Assembly (NCBI GenBank): GCA_943704425.1 | Contig: CALSCP010000425.1 | Span: 8,909 to 72,908 of the forward strand | DNA: 64,000 nucleotides | Source of the DNA: Ministeria vibrans ATCC 50519 | Lineage: Eukaryota; Protista; Filasterea | Direction of reading: 5' to 3' | Part shown: piece after piece, positions 11,273 to 22,623 of the stretch | Numbering within the stretch: the first letter of the stretch is position 1 | Layout: every line of letters starts with the position of its first letter | The notes under the pieces: model-generated | What the model saw: the letters and a program-made list of their open reading frames with translations, nothing else | The model's database searches: none | What the model was told of the DNA's origin: nothing | Position numbers and translations under genes: made by a program

Positions 11273-11438
11273 GATGGCGAGAGACTTAAAAAAAATTGAA
11301 TACGTTTCTTTTGATCTTTTCTGCTCTCGTTCAATCATAGTGACCCAAAAGTCATAACATTTAAATACATTTTTTTTTCTCTCTCTATATATATCTTTTC
11401 AGCGATTCCCTGCATTGCGTGGTGAGTGATACGACGCA

Positions 11439-12075
11439 ATGGCGGCCACCTCTGCAGACATGGTGGCTCGACGACGTGTGATTATCGAGGAGAACTTGTC
11501 GCGCGACCGTGACAACGTTACGTTCCTCAGCGACTCTCTGCAACGGTCCAGACACATCACCAAGACCATGGTGCGTCCACTGCGCGCGAAAGAACCCCTC
11601 TTTGCCTCCTGCGTTGCTGACACGGGCCGTAAAATAGGAAAAGGTCATTGATGACTTTGGTAACCGCCTTGCAGCCCTCGAGGAGATGATCAAGCCGATC
11701 CACAGCGAAACCACCACCCTCACGCAGCTGCAAGACAGTACGCTGTGTTTTCAGACGTCCCCCCAAATATTAATAATATTATTATTTTGAATTACTTTCG
11801 TTTGTGTCTCAGGTCTCTCCTCCACCGTACACAACATCAACGACATTCTTGCGTACTTTGCAGTTGCCGACGAGCTTGGTCCTCTCATTTCCAAAGGGTA
11901 ATGGCATCGATCACTTTGGTCCAAATATGATCTCATTTCGTTATTCAGACCCAATGACTCACTCGAGAAGTATTTGGCCGATCTTGAGTGCATTAGCAAC
12001 GCAATGCTGTTCTTCTCTCGGCAGAAACTGCCTGGGACAGACGCACCCATGACACAGTTGGTAAAAATGGGTTTA

Positions 12076-12153
<78 letters not shown>

Positions 12154-12768
12154 GGGAGAAAGAAACAAAGTGATAGAGAGAGAGAAAAAGGAGGGAGAAA
12201 GAAAAAAAGTGATAGAGAGAAGCAAAGTGATATAGTGAGAAAACGTAAAAAGGATTGGGAAAACAAGTGACGTGAAAAACATAACACTTTTTCCAAATAG
12301 AAATGTGTTTATGCCGAAGGAATCAGCCAGCTCGAAGCGGAGTTTCAATCGATTTTGAAAAAGGACTCCCTTGCCGACAAAGTCCTTCCACCAAGCGGTA
12401 AAAAAAGAACACCAAAATCTACATTTCTTTACACACAACAACTACATCGCCTTAGTGAGCTCTTCGCCTCAGGGCAATTTGAGCGCCACGGCACTCTCGC
12501 AGCTCTCGAGTATCAGCAGCTGGCTCACAAGTGCCGGCAAAGTGACGAATTACGCGCAAAGCTTCTCGTCGATCCGCTCGTCTCTTCTCGAGTCGCTCCT
12601 CCGTCGCAGTCTTGTTCCGTTTCCTTCCAAATCCTCTCTCTTACGTCCTCCAATCCGCTCCACTGACAACAACTCCGCCGTTTCTACGTCTTCTTCTCTT
12701 CCTTCCGATCTTATTCGTCGCCCGTCTCTCATTGCCACTCGCACTACTCAAAAGCCAAAACAAGAACA
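11439..12768 (+). CDS. EXOC7: Exocyst subunit Exo70, 5' half (about 6 exons)
   Basis: The N-terminal coiled coil LSDSLQRSRHITKTM|EKVIDDFGNRLAALEEMIKPIHSETTTLTQLQD and the later LEAEFQSIL are typical of Exo70. The last exon ends at a phase-2 donor CA|GTCAG (12768/12769). Confidence 0.8.
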
Positions 12769-12814
12769 GTCAGAACAATACCACCGCTTAATTTACTGTA
12801 CTTACTTACTCACT

Positions 12815-12982
<168 letters not shown>

Positions 12983-13018
12983 CGTTCTCTTTTTCTTTCT
13001 TTCTGTCTTGTTGCTGAC

Positions 13019-15644
13019 CTCCTTTCGCTGCGGTTGCATAATCGAGTTTCCTCTTTGCGAACTTGTCTGTTTGGGATTTTTGTACACAAACCGATCCAGA
13101 AAGCGAATCAGTGTAAAGTCCTCGAGTGGATTTCCGGGATAGTCAACAGCTACGCAAAAACACACATGTCAGGTTCATGCACACAAAGAGAGTTGTTCAA
13201 CGGAAGAATGAAAACTGACCTGAGCTATTAATGAGAGCGTTTGAGAACTGAGCGACGGACGGATGGAAGTGGTGGTGTGCGAGAAGGAAACACTCCCAGG
13301 CGAGCACAGAGTCGGCGCGTGCGTAGCGGGGATCGCGCTTGGACATGTCATAGGTGGTGGCGGTAGTGACAGTCGCTTCTGGTTGTGTTTGTGGTTGGTC
13401 TTCGTCGTCGGAAAGAGGTGCGTCGTGGAAGACTTCTGTGTCGTCCTGGGTGATGTCGAGGGGACAGTCGAAGGCTGGGGTGAGTTCGGGACGATCTTGA
13501 GTGAGACGAGCGACAAGCATGACGAGACCGGCGGAGAAGGAGGCAAAGGTGGTGGAAAGAGCAAGTTGAAGGATGCGCTTGATGAAGGCACGCATGCGCG
13601 GGACTGACGTGTCGTGCTTGATGGCGCGGTACAGAACGTTAAGAAACAGCGACTGTTTCGACGAGTTGGGCAGCTCGGCGTTGAAGAGCGAGCTGTAAAG
13701 GAGCGAGAAGAAGCGAGGCGAGTCGGTGGAGCGCGCCTCAATGATCTTGTGGAGGAGCACAAGAATTTGGACGGTCGTGGTAAAGCTAGTGGCAGTGTGG
13801 GCGACGCGGTAGAGGGTGTCGATGTGCTCGTTGATGGTCGCTGTGGTGGTGCCCTCGGGTGCAGTGTACGGAAAGGCGCGGTTGATGCCGGTGAGAAGCG
13901 CACTGAGCATGCGAGTCTCCAGCTGCTCCTTCTTGACGCAGACGCGGAAGAAAGCCAAGTAAATCTCAATAAGACGGGCGGCAAGCGCGGCGTCGTGCTC
14001 GCGGTGCAGCACGAGTTGATTAAGGAAACAGAAGGCGTAGTATTGCGCGCGCATTGGCGTGGCGGGGCGGTACAGCAGCTGCTCGCATTCGGCGACGACC
14101 ACTCCTTTCATTTGTGCGTGTCGCTCGAGCAGCTTGCCCAGCACAAACATCACATTACTCGCCAATTTGCGGTCCGTGTCACCCAGTTTGTTCACGAGCA
14201 TTGCCAAGAGGGCTCGTTCGCCCTCGGGTCGCTCGGCTAGCAGCGTAGACACGGTGCGAATAGCGCCACTGCGCACTGAGGCGACGGGATCGCGCAGATG
14301 CGCGCGCAGCTGGTCCAAAAAGGTGGCGTAGCGGGTGCGCAAGTGGTCCTCAAAGAGCCATAGGACAAGCACATCGTCAGGGATGGGGAGCACTGGGGCA
14401 CGTGCAGTCGTCGTTTGCTGCTCCTGTTGCTGTTGCTGTTGTTGCTTCTTCTTCTTCATGCGTGACTTGAGCGAGCCCTCGGTCGGTTTGCTCACAGCAG
14501 CAGCGATGGTAGACGCAGAGGTGGCAGCGGTCGTGGCGGTTGCATGTTGGGGAATGTGTGAGGGACGACGCGCAAAAGGGATTAGCTTGCGGTCTTCGGG
14601 AAGCAGGTAAAGCGTGCAGAGGTCGCGCAGAGCGTCGACAGCGAGAATGGACTCGCGACGGTTCTTCTTGGCGGCCAAGTTGAAGAGTGAGTCGAGCGTG
14701 CGCTGCTGGTGCACCGGTGACTCTTGGATGCTCATGGAGAGCGCTGCGACACGATCCTGCATGGTACCGGACTTGAGCACAGTTTGCAGCCAGCGGTCGT
14801 CCGACGACATCTTGCCACGCGTGCGCTTCGCCTTGAGCTCCTCAAACTTGGCCACTTCGCGCTTAAACAGCTCCTCGGCGCGCTTGCGCAGCGTTGCGTT
14901 GTCCTGGGCCGTTGCAAGGACTGCTTCCTCACTGGCAATGCCCGCGCGAGCTTGCGCCGCGGCCAATGCTGCAAACCACGTCTCAGAGGCATCCACAAGC
15001 AAGCTGGCGTGTTTGATAGGTCGCGGACCGATGTCTTCCCCTCCCTCCTCCTCCTCCTCCTCCGGCTCTTCCTCCTCCTCTGCCCCTTCCTCCTCCTCCT
15101 CCTCCTTCTCCTTCTTCTTCTTCTTCTTCTTCTCCTCCTTCTCCTTCTCCTTCTCCTTCTTCGTCTTCTTCTTCTCTCCATTCCCATTTTCGTCAGTGAC
15201 CGGCAAACTCTCCTCGTCCTTTGACTTCTTCTTCTTCTCCTTCTTCTTCTTCTTCTTCGCCGACGCCTCTTCTTCTTCCTCCTCCTCCTCCTCCTCTGCC
15301 GCCCCTTCGTCATTATTCGCCTCAAAGCCCATCCCCACTAAGCGAAACACACAGCAGAGGAAAGCGAGAAATGAGTTTGGGCAAAAAAAAGGGAATCGCG
15401 TGGAATACTCATCATGGCGCGAAGCTCGCTCTTAAGGTGCGCGGCGTTGCCCTTGGGCTTCTCCTTGTCGAATCGCATCACCTACACAAGCGGATGAGCG
15501 CGCATGCGGCGAGATGGACTTGCACGCGGCGCACGCGCACAGAGCCGCCCCACGCACCTCCTCTTCATTGTCGTCCACGCCATTCAGCAAGTCTAGGACT
15601 TCGTCGTCCCCGTTGAGCGCGCGAATGTCCTCCAGTGACACCAT
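13019..15644 (-). CDS. CEBPZ: CCAAT/enhancer-binding protein zeta / Mak21-Noc1 ribosome biogenesis factor; 3' end missing
   Basis: MVSLEDIRALNG.., WLQTVLKSGTMQDRVAAL, LVNKLGD, RMLSALLTGINRAFPY, YDMSKRDPRYA, HFHPSV and YPGNPLEDFTLIRFLDRFVYKNPK. The gene runs into an intron and microsatellite with no C-terminal exons. Confidence 0.92.
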
Positions 15645-15941
15645 TTCAACAAATATTTGATGAATGGAGATGAATGAATAATGATCGATTGAGTCTTGCG
15701 AAATCGTATTCACCATCTACATATCACCTACTCATCTCATTCATCACCTCATTCTCTTTGAATATTTTGTTTGATTCCCTTCAGTCACTTGACTGAGACT
15801 CACTGACTTTTCTCTCTTCTGCCTACTCTCTTTGTCGCTACTGTCTTTATTGAAAGAAAGTCTTTCAGCGTTTCTGAGACTGAATAATGAAATGTTATTA
15901 TTATTATTTGTTAAATCATTATTATTAATTCTTTTGTTGCC

Positions 15942-16795
15942 ATGTCGGACCCATACAAGTCAGAGTTGGAGCACAAGGGAAAGTACTCGCGTCTGCGAAT
16001 CTTTGGCGACATTCTCTTTGCCATTTCCATTTTGACAGCGGTAAGGACCTTCTTTTGTCTTCTGTGTGCCCCAAACGTCTCTCCCGGCCGCACCCACACG
16101 CCAATGCGTGTTCGGTAGGGTCCACACTGCATCTATGTGTCTCTGTGGATGGCCATGAGAACGCCCTGTGCCTGTTTTCTGCTGCGCGGACTCATTTTGT
16201 GCATTTCTCCTCCGACAGTTTTTGGGGTGTGCTGTGCTTGCGCTGGGCATTTGGGCACTGGTCAGTTTGCAGGACTACACTGCGCTGACGACCACGCACG
16301 TGCTTGTCGTTGGCATTTCGCTGATCATTGTGGGTCTGCTTCTGTTCTTCTTTGGCGGCCTTGGCTGTCTTGGCGTGTGGAAGCAGGACTACCGTCTTCT
16401 AGAAGTGTACTTTTGGATGTTACTCTGTCTCATCATTTTCGAAGTAAGTCTGGCAACTCCCTTCGTCATTGCCCCAACCCTCAAACCGATGCATGGTAGA
16501 TTGCAGCCACGGCACTTGCCTTCTTCTTCCGCACACAGATCGAGCAGTGGCTCGTTGACGAGTGGAACAACGGCGTCACCGCACCCACCGACCCCGAAGT
16601 GCTGCAGACCATTGACCTTGTCCAGACAACCGTACGCTATGATAAACATTATAATTATTGATATGTATATTATGCGGCTTTAATACTAATCTGTATAGTT
16701 TTCGTGTTGTGGACTGACGGGCAACACCAATTGGGCCACATACGATGCATACCCCACGCATCTGCCCACCAAAGCCCCAACAAGGTACGCCATCG

Positions 16796-16837
<42 letters not shown>

Positions 16838-16882
16838 GAGTGTGTGTATGTGTATGTGTGTGTGTGAGTGTGTGTATGTGTA

Positions 16883-16934
<52 letters not shown>

Positions 16935-17288
16935 TTTGTGTATGTGTCTTTGTGTGTGTGTCTTTGTGCGTGTGTGTCTTTATTGGTGTGTTTATCTTTG
17001 TGGCGTGTTTTTTTTGTGGTGTGTGTGTCTCACATTGTCTGTAGCTGCTGCATTCCGGAGCAGCGGACCACCGACGACTGCTGGAACAACTACAACTACC
17101 TTATGACAGCCGGGTGCCAGGAGACGGTCAAGGCGTGGTTCAGCCGCAATGCCGTTGCTCTCGGTGTTAGCGTGCTTATCTTTGTGCTCATCCAGAGCGT
17201 ATCTCTCATGCTCGCCTGGTCCGTCATTGTCCGTCTGAAGAATGAGGAGGACGACCATTTGCAACAGCTCATGACGCATCGCATGTAA
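15942..17288 (+). CDS. Tetraspanin, 5 exons
   Basis: Four transmembrane segments and a GCLG motif. The large extracellular loop has CCG (FSCCGLTG), PTSCC and GC (TAGCQETVKAWF). Confidence 0.92.
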
Positions 17289-17505
17289 ACCAACCAAAAA
17301 TGAACCGCATACCGACGTACTGTACACTAGACAAGTAGACATGGCCATGAAAGAGAGTTGGAAGCGTTGCAACTAATGCCAATTTGAAGAAGAAAAGAAA
17401 AAACCAGTACAGTAAAAATGCCCAGAACACGTCATCCTCGTCGTAACAAAGAAAGAAAAGAATGTACACGACTTTTGTATTACAATAATATTGCATGATT
17501 CAGTG

Positions 17506-17809
17506 TTAAGCTTCGCCAAACAGAATGTCTGTCGCCGGTGAGAGTTTTTCAGCCCACGAAGACGACACGGGAACCCTGCTTCGTTTCCTTCGATCACGAG
17601 TACGAGACAGTCGATCTTCGCCCTCAATCTGCGGCACATGAGAGACAAACACAATTTCTTTGTCAACTTTGAGACGACCGAAAGTTAACAAACCTGTGAC
17701 TTTGCAACAGACGCACACATTCTGGCGCCTAGTGCTGCAACCGCAACAAGTACAAGCTTTCCGGCTGTGGCAGGGTAAGAGACAGAGAGAGGGCGGTAAG
17801 TGTGTGTGA

Positions 17810-17843
<34 letters not shown>

Positions 17844-17956
17844 TCCAAATGCTGTTTCTGTGTCCCACTTGAATGCTGAGACAAAAGATGTGCGACGACG
17901 CCAAGGGTGATTAATATCACCGTCGCTCGTATCTTTTGTCGGTTCGATAGTGCCAT
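17506..17956 (-). CDS. Possible small (~77 aa) single-hydrophobic-segment hypothetical protein
   Basis: A phase-consistent model gives MALSNRQKIRAT|HS|TGKLVLVAVAALGARMCASVAKSQ|IEGEDRL...GEA*, but it needs a 7-nt micro-exon and has no recognised motif. Confidence 0.3.
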
Positions 17957-18021
17957 ATTTAAATAAAATAAATGAATTTTATGTTATTTTAACTTAATTC
18001 TTTTGTGTTTTAGCCCCTCCA

Positions 18022-19466
18022 ATGACGATCATGACTACATTCACTGCACCGCCTTCTGCCTCGTCTAACGAATCGACTCATTCGACTGGTCCTCGAATCA
18101 CCAAAGAAGAACTCAAAAGAATTTGCCGTGAACAAAAACTGTACACGACGCCGTCGCTCAACGACACGCTATACCTTCACTACAAGGTAGGTTGAGTGCG
18201 GTTTGCATCGGCAAGGCTTCAGACGACGCCGGCCTTGTTTGTTTATAATGTTTTGTATGACTCATGTGTGTTGCCATGGCAATGTACTTGTTTCGCCGTT
18301 AAGGGTTACCAACGCATTGAGAACCTCGAAGAGTACACCGGCCTGAAGACTCTCTGGCTAGAGAACAACGTGATTGAGGTTATTGACAACTTGCAAGCTC
18401 AAACACAGCTGCGTTCACTGTAAAAACAACCGAAAACAGTTTGCATAGTGTAATCCTTCTTCTCCTTAGATACTTACAACACAACTACATTAAAGAATTG
18501 GGCAACTTTGAAGGCCTTGTGCAGCTGGACACACTCAATGTGAGCCACAACGTGCTCGAGAGAGTGACCAACCTTGCACCCCTCGTCAAGCTGACAACAT
18601 TGAACGCCGCTCACAATCGCCTCATGCGTGTCGACGGTCTCGTTGAGTGTCCCACTCTGTCTGTGGCAGATTTGGCTCACAACAAACTCAATGACCCGGC
18701 CGTCATGGAGGTGTTTGAGAGACTGCCAAACTTGCGCGTGCTCATTCTGACAGGCAATCCTGTGGTGAAGCTGATTGGCAACTATCGCAAAAGCACCATT
18801 GCGCGCCTGCCACAGCTGACGTACCTCGATGACCGTCCCGTCTCAGAGAAGGAGCGAGCTGTGTGCGAGGCATGGGCACGTGGGGGTGTGGAGGCGGAAC
18901 GAGAGGCGCGGAGTGGATGGGAGCGAGAAGAGCGCGAGCGGATGCAAAGGGGATTCCGCCACTTGGATGAGCTGCGGAACCGCAATCGGGCGCGACGAGT
19001 GGAGGCGGAAAGGAGGGGAATCAACATGGGAGTTGAGCAGGAGGAAGGGGAAAGAATCGAGGGGGGTGTTGTAGCTGGTGGTGGGGAGACCGATGAAGGA
19101 GAAACGAGCGAGAGTGAGGCGGGAACGTCAGCAAGTGTGTCTGTGCGGGATGAGCGAGACGAACGCGACGAGGAGCTGAATGAGGAAGGGGAAGATCACG
19201 ATGAGACTGAGCCAGAGGAAGAAGAAATGGAGACAATTGTGCTGAGTGGGGCACGCGCACTGCAGCTGAGCGAGCGACCGCAGGAGACCCGTCGCGACAC
19301 ATGGACAGAAGCGCAGCAATCCCCACTCGATGTTGGCGATGCCTCATTGCTCACCTTTGGTCAACCAACTGCCACACTCAACCCATCGAGTGGCCACTCT
19401 TCGTCAGATTCTACAGTGAAACGTCCTCTGCTCATTGAGTTGTTAGGAGATGATGACGTTGAATGA
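18022..19466 (+). CDS. DNAAF1: Dynein axonemal assembly factor 1 (LRRC50/ODA7), 3 exons
   Basis: [33 protein letters not shown]|[20 protein letters not shown], LRRs, LRRcap [18 protein letters not shown] and [11 protein letters not shown]. Confidence 0.93.
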
Positions 19467-19726
19467 AACAAGTAAAGAAAAGAGTGGTGTATAAACATGA
19501 CAAAATAAATTAGAAGAAGAATAAAATGCGTTTCCAATAATAACTACGTTATTATCTTGCCAGCCTTGCCCTATGTCCCTATCAGGATATGGGGTATATC
19601 TGGCAATATCAGCGATCAAGTCAGTCCCGTCAAAAATGACAACACAAACAGCTCACTAGAAACATGTTACTGCTACTCAATGTCAACGCAAGAAATTTCA
19701 AAACAAAGATAGGTGCAAGAAGTTCA

Positions 19727-19856
19727 AAGACAGTGATACACTCCGGCTACTTAGCTGTGGAAGTGCGCAAAGAAACTCAGGGGTATTACAATCCTGTGCG
19801 CGGCAGTGGCAAGTGCACTATTGTGGCGCTCCTCATTGTAATCGAAAGTGTCTGAA
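19727..19856. ncRNA. Candidate structured small RNA next to the tRNA pair
   Basis: Helices ATTACAAT/ATTGTAAT enclose GCGC/GCGC, alongside CACTCC..GCT-loop-AGC..GGAAGTG and a terminal ACACT/AGTGT pair. Strand not resolved. Confidence 0.35.
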
Positions 19857-19904
19857 AAAGTGCGCAAAATTATATTGTTTGTTTTATCAAAAAAAGGAAG
19901 GGAA

Positions 19905-19977
19905 TACACCTTCGAGGAATCGAACCTCGATTTCTGTCTTATCAGGGCAGCGTACTTGACCATTGTACGAAAGGTGT
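19905..19977 (-). tRNA. tRNA-Ile(GAU), atypical body
   Basis: Cloverleaf: acceptor ACACCTT/AAGGTGT, D-stem GTAC/GTAC, anticodon loop CT-GAT-AA, T-arm CGAGG-TTCGATT-CCTCG, A73. One C30-A40 mismatch; oligo-T follows about 10 nt downstream. Confidence 0.85.
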
Positions 19978-20004
19978 GTATTTTTAAGAATAAAAAAAAA
20001 ATAA

Positions 20005-20078
20005 TGGCGGTCCCAGGCGGAGTCGAACCGCCGTTTTCAGGGCTTCAGTCTGGCGTCTTCCCGTTAGACGATAGGACC
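20005..20078 (-). tRNA. tRNA or tRNA-like gene with anticodon GAA (nominally Phe), G73 and encoded CCA
   Basis: Acceptor GGTCCTA/TGGGACC, D-stem GTCT/AGAC, loop CT-GAA-GC, T-arm GGCGG-TTCGACT-CCGCC, ending GCCA and then a T-run. The anticodon stem has two C-A mismatches. Confidence 0.75.
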
Positions 20079-20212
20079 CGTCCCGAACAGAAGAAGAGCT
20101 GAGAGGGGGAGCAAGAATGCTACCTGTAGCTCTTCTCTGTTGAAATATACCACTGCTTAAAGTGCTTCTTATATCCGTGGCGCAGTGGATTTCATCAGAA
20201 CACGGACGGACG
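20079..20212. ncRNA. Candidate three-way-junction RNA abutting the 5' end of the GAA tRNA
   Basis: CCGTCC/GGACGG closes two long arms: AACAGA-AGAAGAGCT..AGCTCTTCT-CTGTT and GAAAT..CCACTGC..GCAGTGG-ATTTC. A T6 run follows on plus; on minus the element is contiguous with tRNA position 1. Confidence 0.45.
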
Positions 20213-20275
20213 TTTTTTGTTTTTCGACCAAAGTTCGACCAAATTTCAATTTTTCGCAAAATCATTTTGAACTCA

Positions 20276-20282
20276 NNNNNNN
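20276..20282. other. Assembly gap (N7) followed by (CA)n
   Basis: N characters. Confidence 1.
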
Positions 20283-20338
<56 letters not shown>

Positions 20339-20368
20339 AATCCACGACAACCGTTGCATTCGACCTAC

Positions 20369-20734
20369 CTCGGGATCAAAGAGAAACGGCCCGTGTCCCA
20401 GCTGCAGCGGACACTCGGCCATAGTGAGATTGTGCTCAATCGACATTCGCAAACCCACATTGAAAACCTGAAAAGGTAAAGGAAAACGAAAAAAGAAATT
20501 CAAATCTGCTGAAATAGAGAAATCCTCGCGTAAAAATCGTACCTCCATACGATGGCCCAAACCAACGTTTCCCCACTTCCGACGAACAAAGCGGTTTCCG
20601 GTCGAGGCGGGCGTGGGAATCTCAACAACGGGCAGCGCATAGTCACCCATGGCCGCACAGGGAAGCGGGAGGGGATACGCGCCAAACGCACCGCCGATCA
20701 CCAGCGTGCTAATCACCAGCACTGTCCGCAGCAT
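20369..20734 (-). CDS. 5' fragment of a secreted/signal-anchored protein, cut off at the gap
   Basis: Hydrophobic N-terminus MLRTVLVISTLVIGGAFG and a GLGHRM motif reminiscent of fucosyltransferase-type GLGN motifs (weak). Two exons, then an intron that runs into (GT)n and Ns. Confidence 0.55.
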
Positions 20735-20850
20735 GAGAGTGGCCACGAATAAAGCAAGACAAAAAAAATATATATTCAAAATTCAAACCAACATCAATCA
20801 ACTCACTCAATCGCATTTCAAAATACCGCACCTTCGCCTGTTGAGTCCTG

Positions 20851-22290
20851 ATGCGCTTTGGCAAAGCCAATGCTGCCCTGTGGCAGGTTGCCATTGGCCT
20901 GCTGCTGTTCTCGAGCGCGTACTTCCAGGTGCAGCCGATGTTGTCGGAATTTGTTGAGACTCGGGTGTGCGACAACTTCTACGTAAACCGCACACGCAAC
21001 GCAACCAACGCCTGCCAGGTGGCCGAAATCACCCGGGAGTCCAGTCGCTGGCTGCTCTACCTCTCCATCGTGCGCAACGTCCCGAATGCGGTCGTGGCGT
21101 GCCTTGTTGGCGTCATTTCCGATCGCATTGGCCGACGCTTCCCGCTCATCCTCGGCGCACTCGGAATCGCTCTCGAGACGGCCCTCCACGCCATTGTCGT
21201 GTCGCAATCGCTGCCCATTCCATTCCTCTTCATAGGCGAGGCGGTTGCGGGCTTCTCGGGCGGCGTGGCGACCGTGCTGATGGGTGCGTTTGCGTACACG
21301 GCAGACCTGACGGCTCTCACGGGGCGCTCGCAGGCCTTTGGGGTCACCGAGGGCGTCTTCTTCGTTGGCTCGGCGGTGGGCCCGCTGCTGGGCGGACTCG
21401 TCAGCGACCACTTTGGCTACTGGATTGCCTTCTCGCAGACCTCCCTTCTCTGCGCTCTCGCCTTCCTCTGGTTCCTCTTTCTCTGCAGTGAGTCACTCCA
21501 CGACGCCGTTCGCGCCCCCTACATCCAATGGCGCAACGCCTTCATTCTGGGCACGCTCGGTGTCTTGTTGCAGCCCAGCCTGATGTTGTCGCGCTGGGCG
21601 CTCCTCCTCATGGCCACCTCGTTCACCTTCATCTACACCAACCTGGTGGGCTTCCTCACCGTCGTCGTGCTCTACCTCCAGTACCGCTTCACCATGAGCG
21701 ATTCACTCGTTGGCTACTTCTACGCCAGCGAAGCGACCTGCAAAGGATTTGCCCTGCTTGTCGTGCTCCCACTCATCTTTCGCTTCACCCGCCTCGGCGA
21801 GCTCACCCTCATCCAAGGCTCCCTCCTCCTCCTCATCGTCTCCAACATTCTCTTTGCCGTCGCCGTTGCCCCCTGGCAGATGTTTGTCGTGACCATCATC
21901 GACGGCACCGGAAACATCTGCGTGCCTCTTCTGCGCTCCCTTATTTCTCAGAGCGTCGCCGCAAGCGAACAGGGCCGTGTGCTCTCGGCCATTGCTGCGC
22001 TCGAGGCCCTCTTTGGCTTGGTCGGCCCTATCCTGTACCAGTCGCTCTACCAACAGACCGCCAAGCACCACCCAAACAGCATCTTCTACGTCATGGCTGC
22101 CTTTGTTGTCATTCCCATCATCCTCATGCTTTTTGTGCGTCGCCGCATCGCCACAACCGACTCGCGCGTGCAGCCCTACCGCTACGACGTCCTCGAAGCG
22201 ACCGCCAACGACCGAATAGCACAAGCGCACCTTATCACTACCAACACCAGTCTCACCACCACCGAGACCGACCCACTTCTCCACCATCAC

Positions 22291-22325
<35 letters not shown>

Positions 22326-22551
22326 CTCAAGACAGATTGTCGTCGCCTATGGTACCATTAACGACAGCGACTCCCTTGTCTACCGCACCACCACCGACTC
22401 CCCTTCTTCCTACCACTCCCCTTCTTCCTCCCCGCCCCTCCGTAACACATCTGCCAGTGACGGCGATGACTGGACTCTCCCGCCCGTTACGCCACAAAAA
22501 CATCACTCACAGCGACAACAACACGACGACACTGACCACTTTCTCTTCTAA
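20851..22551 (+). CDS. MFS transporter, SLC46 (PCFT)/TetA-like, intronless
   Basis: About 12 TM segments, motif A GVISDRIGRR, FAYTAD and LRSLISQSVAASEQGRVLS. Confidence 0.9.
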
Positions 22552-22623
22552 CTCTCATTTGTACTGCAACACACAACTGAATGTTTTTTTTTTTGTTTAT
22601 AATCTCTCTTTTTTTTTTCGCGA

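Noticed and set aside
20115-20142. ACAGAGAAGA..TAGCAT on minus resembles U6 snRNA
   Set aside because: The spacing is wrong, the U6 ISL and 3' sequence are absent, and the motif is buried in a long hairpin.
20140-20200. CUGAUGA on minus suggested a hammerhead ribozyme or C/D snoRNA
   Set aside because: No GAAA follows the would-be stem II, and there is no properly placed box D with a terminal stem.
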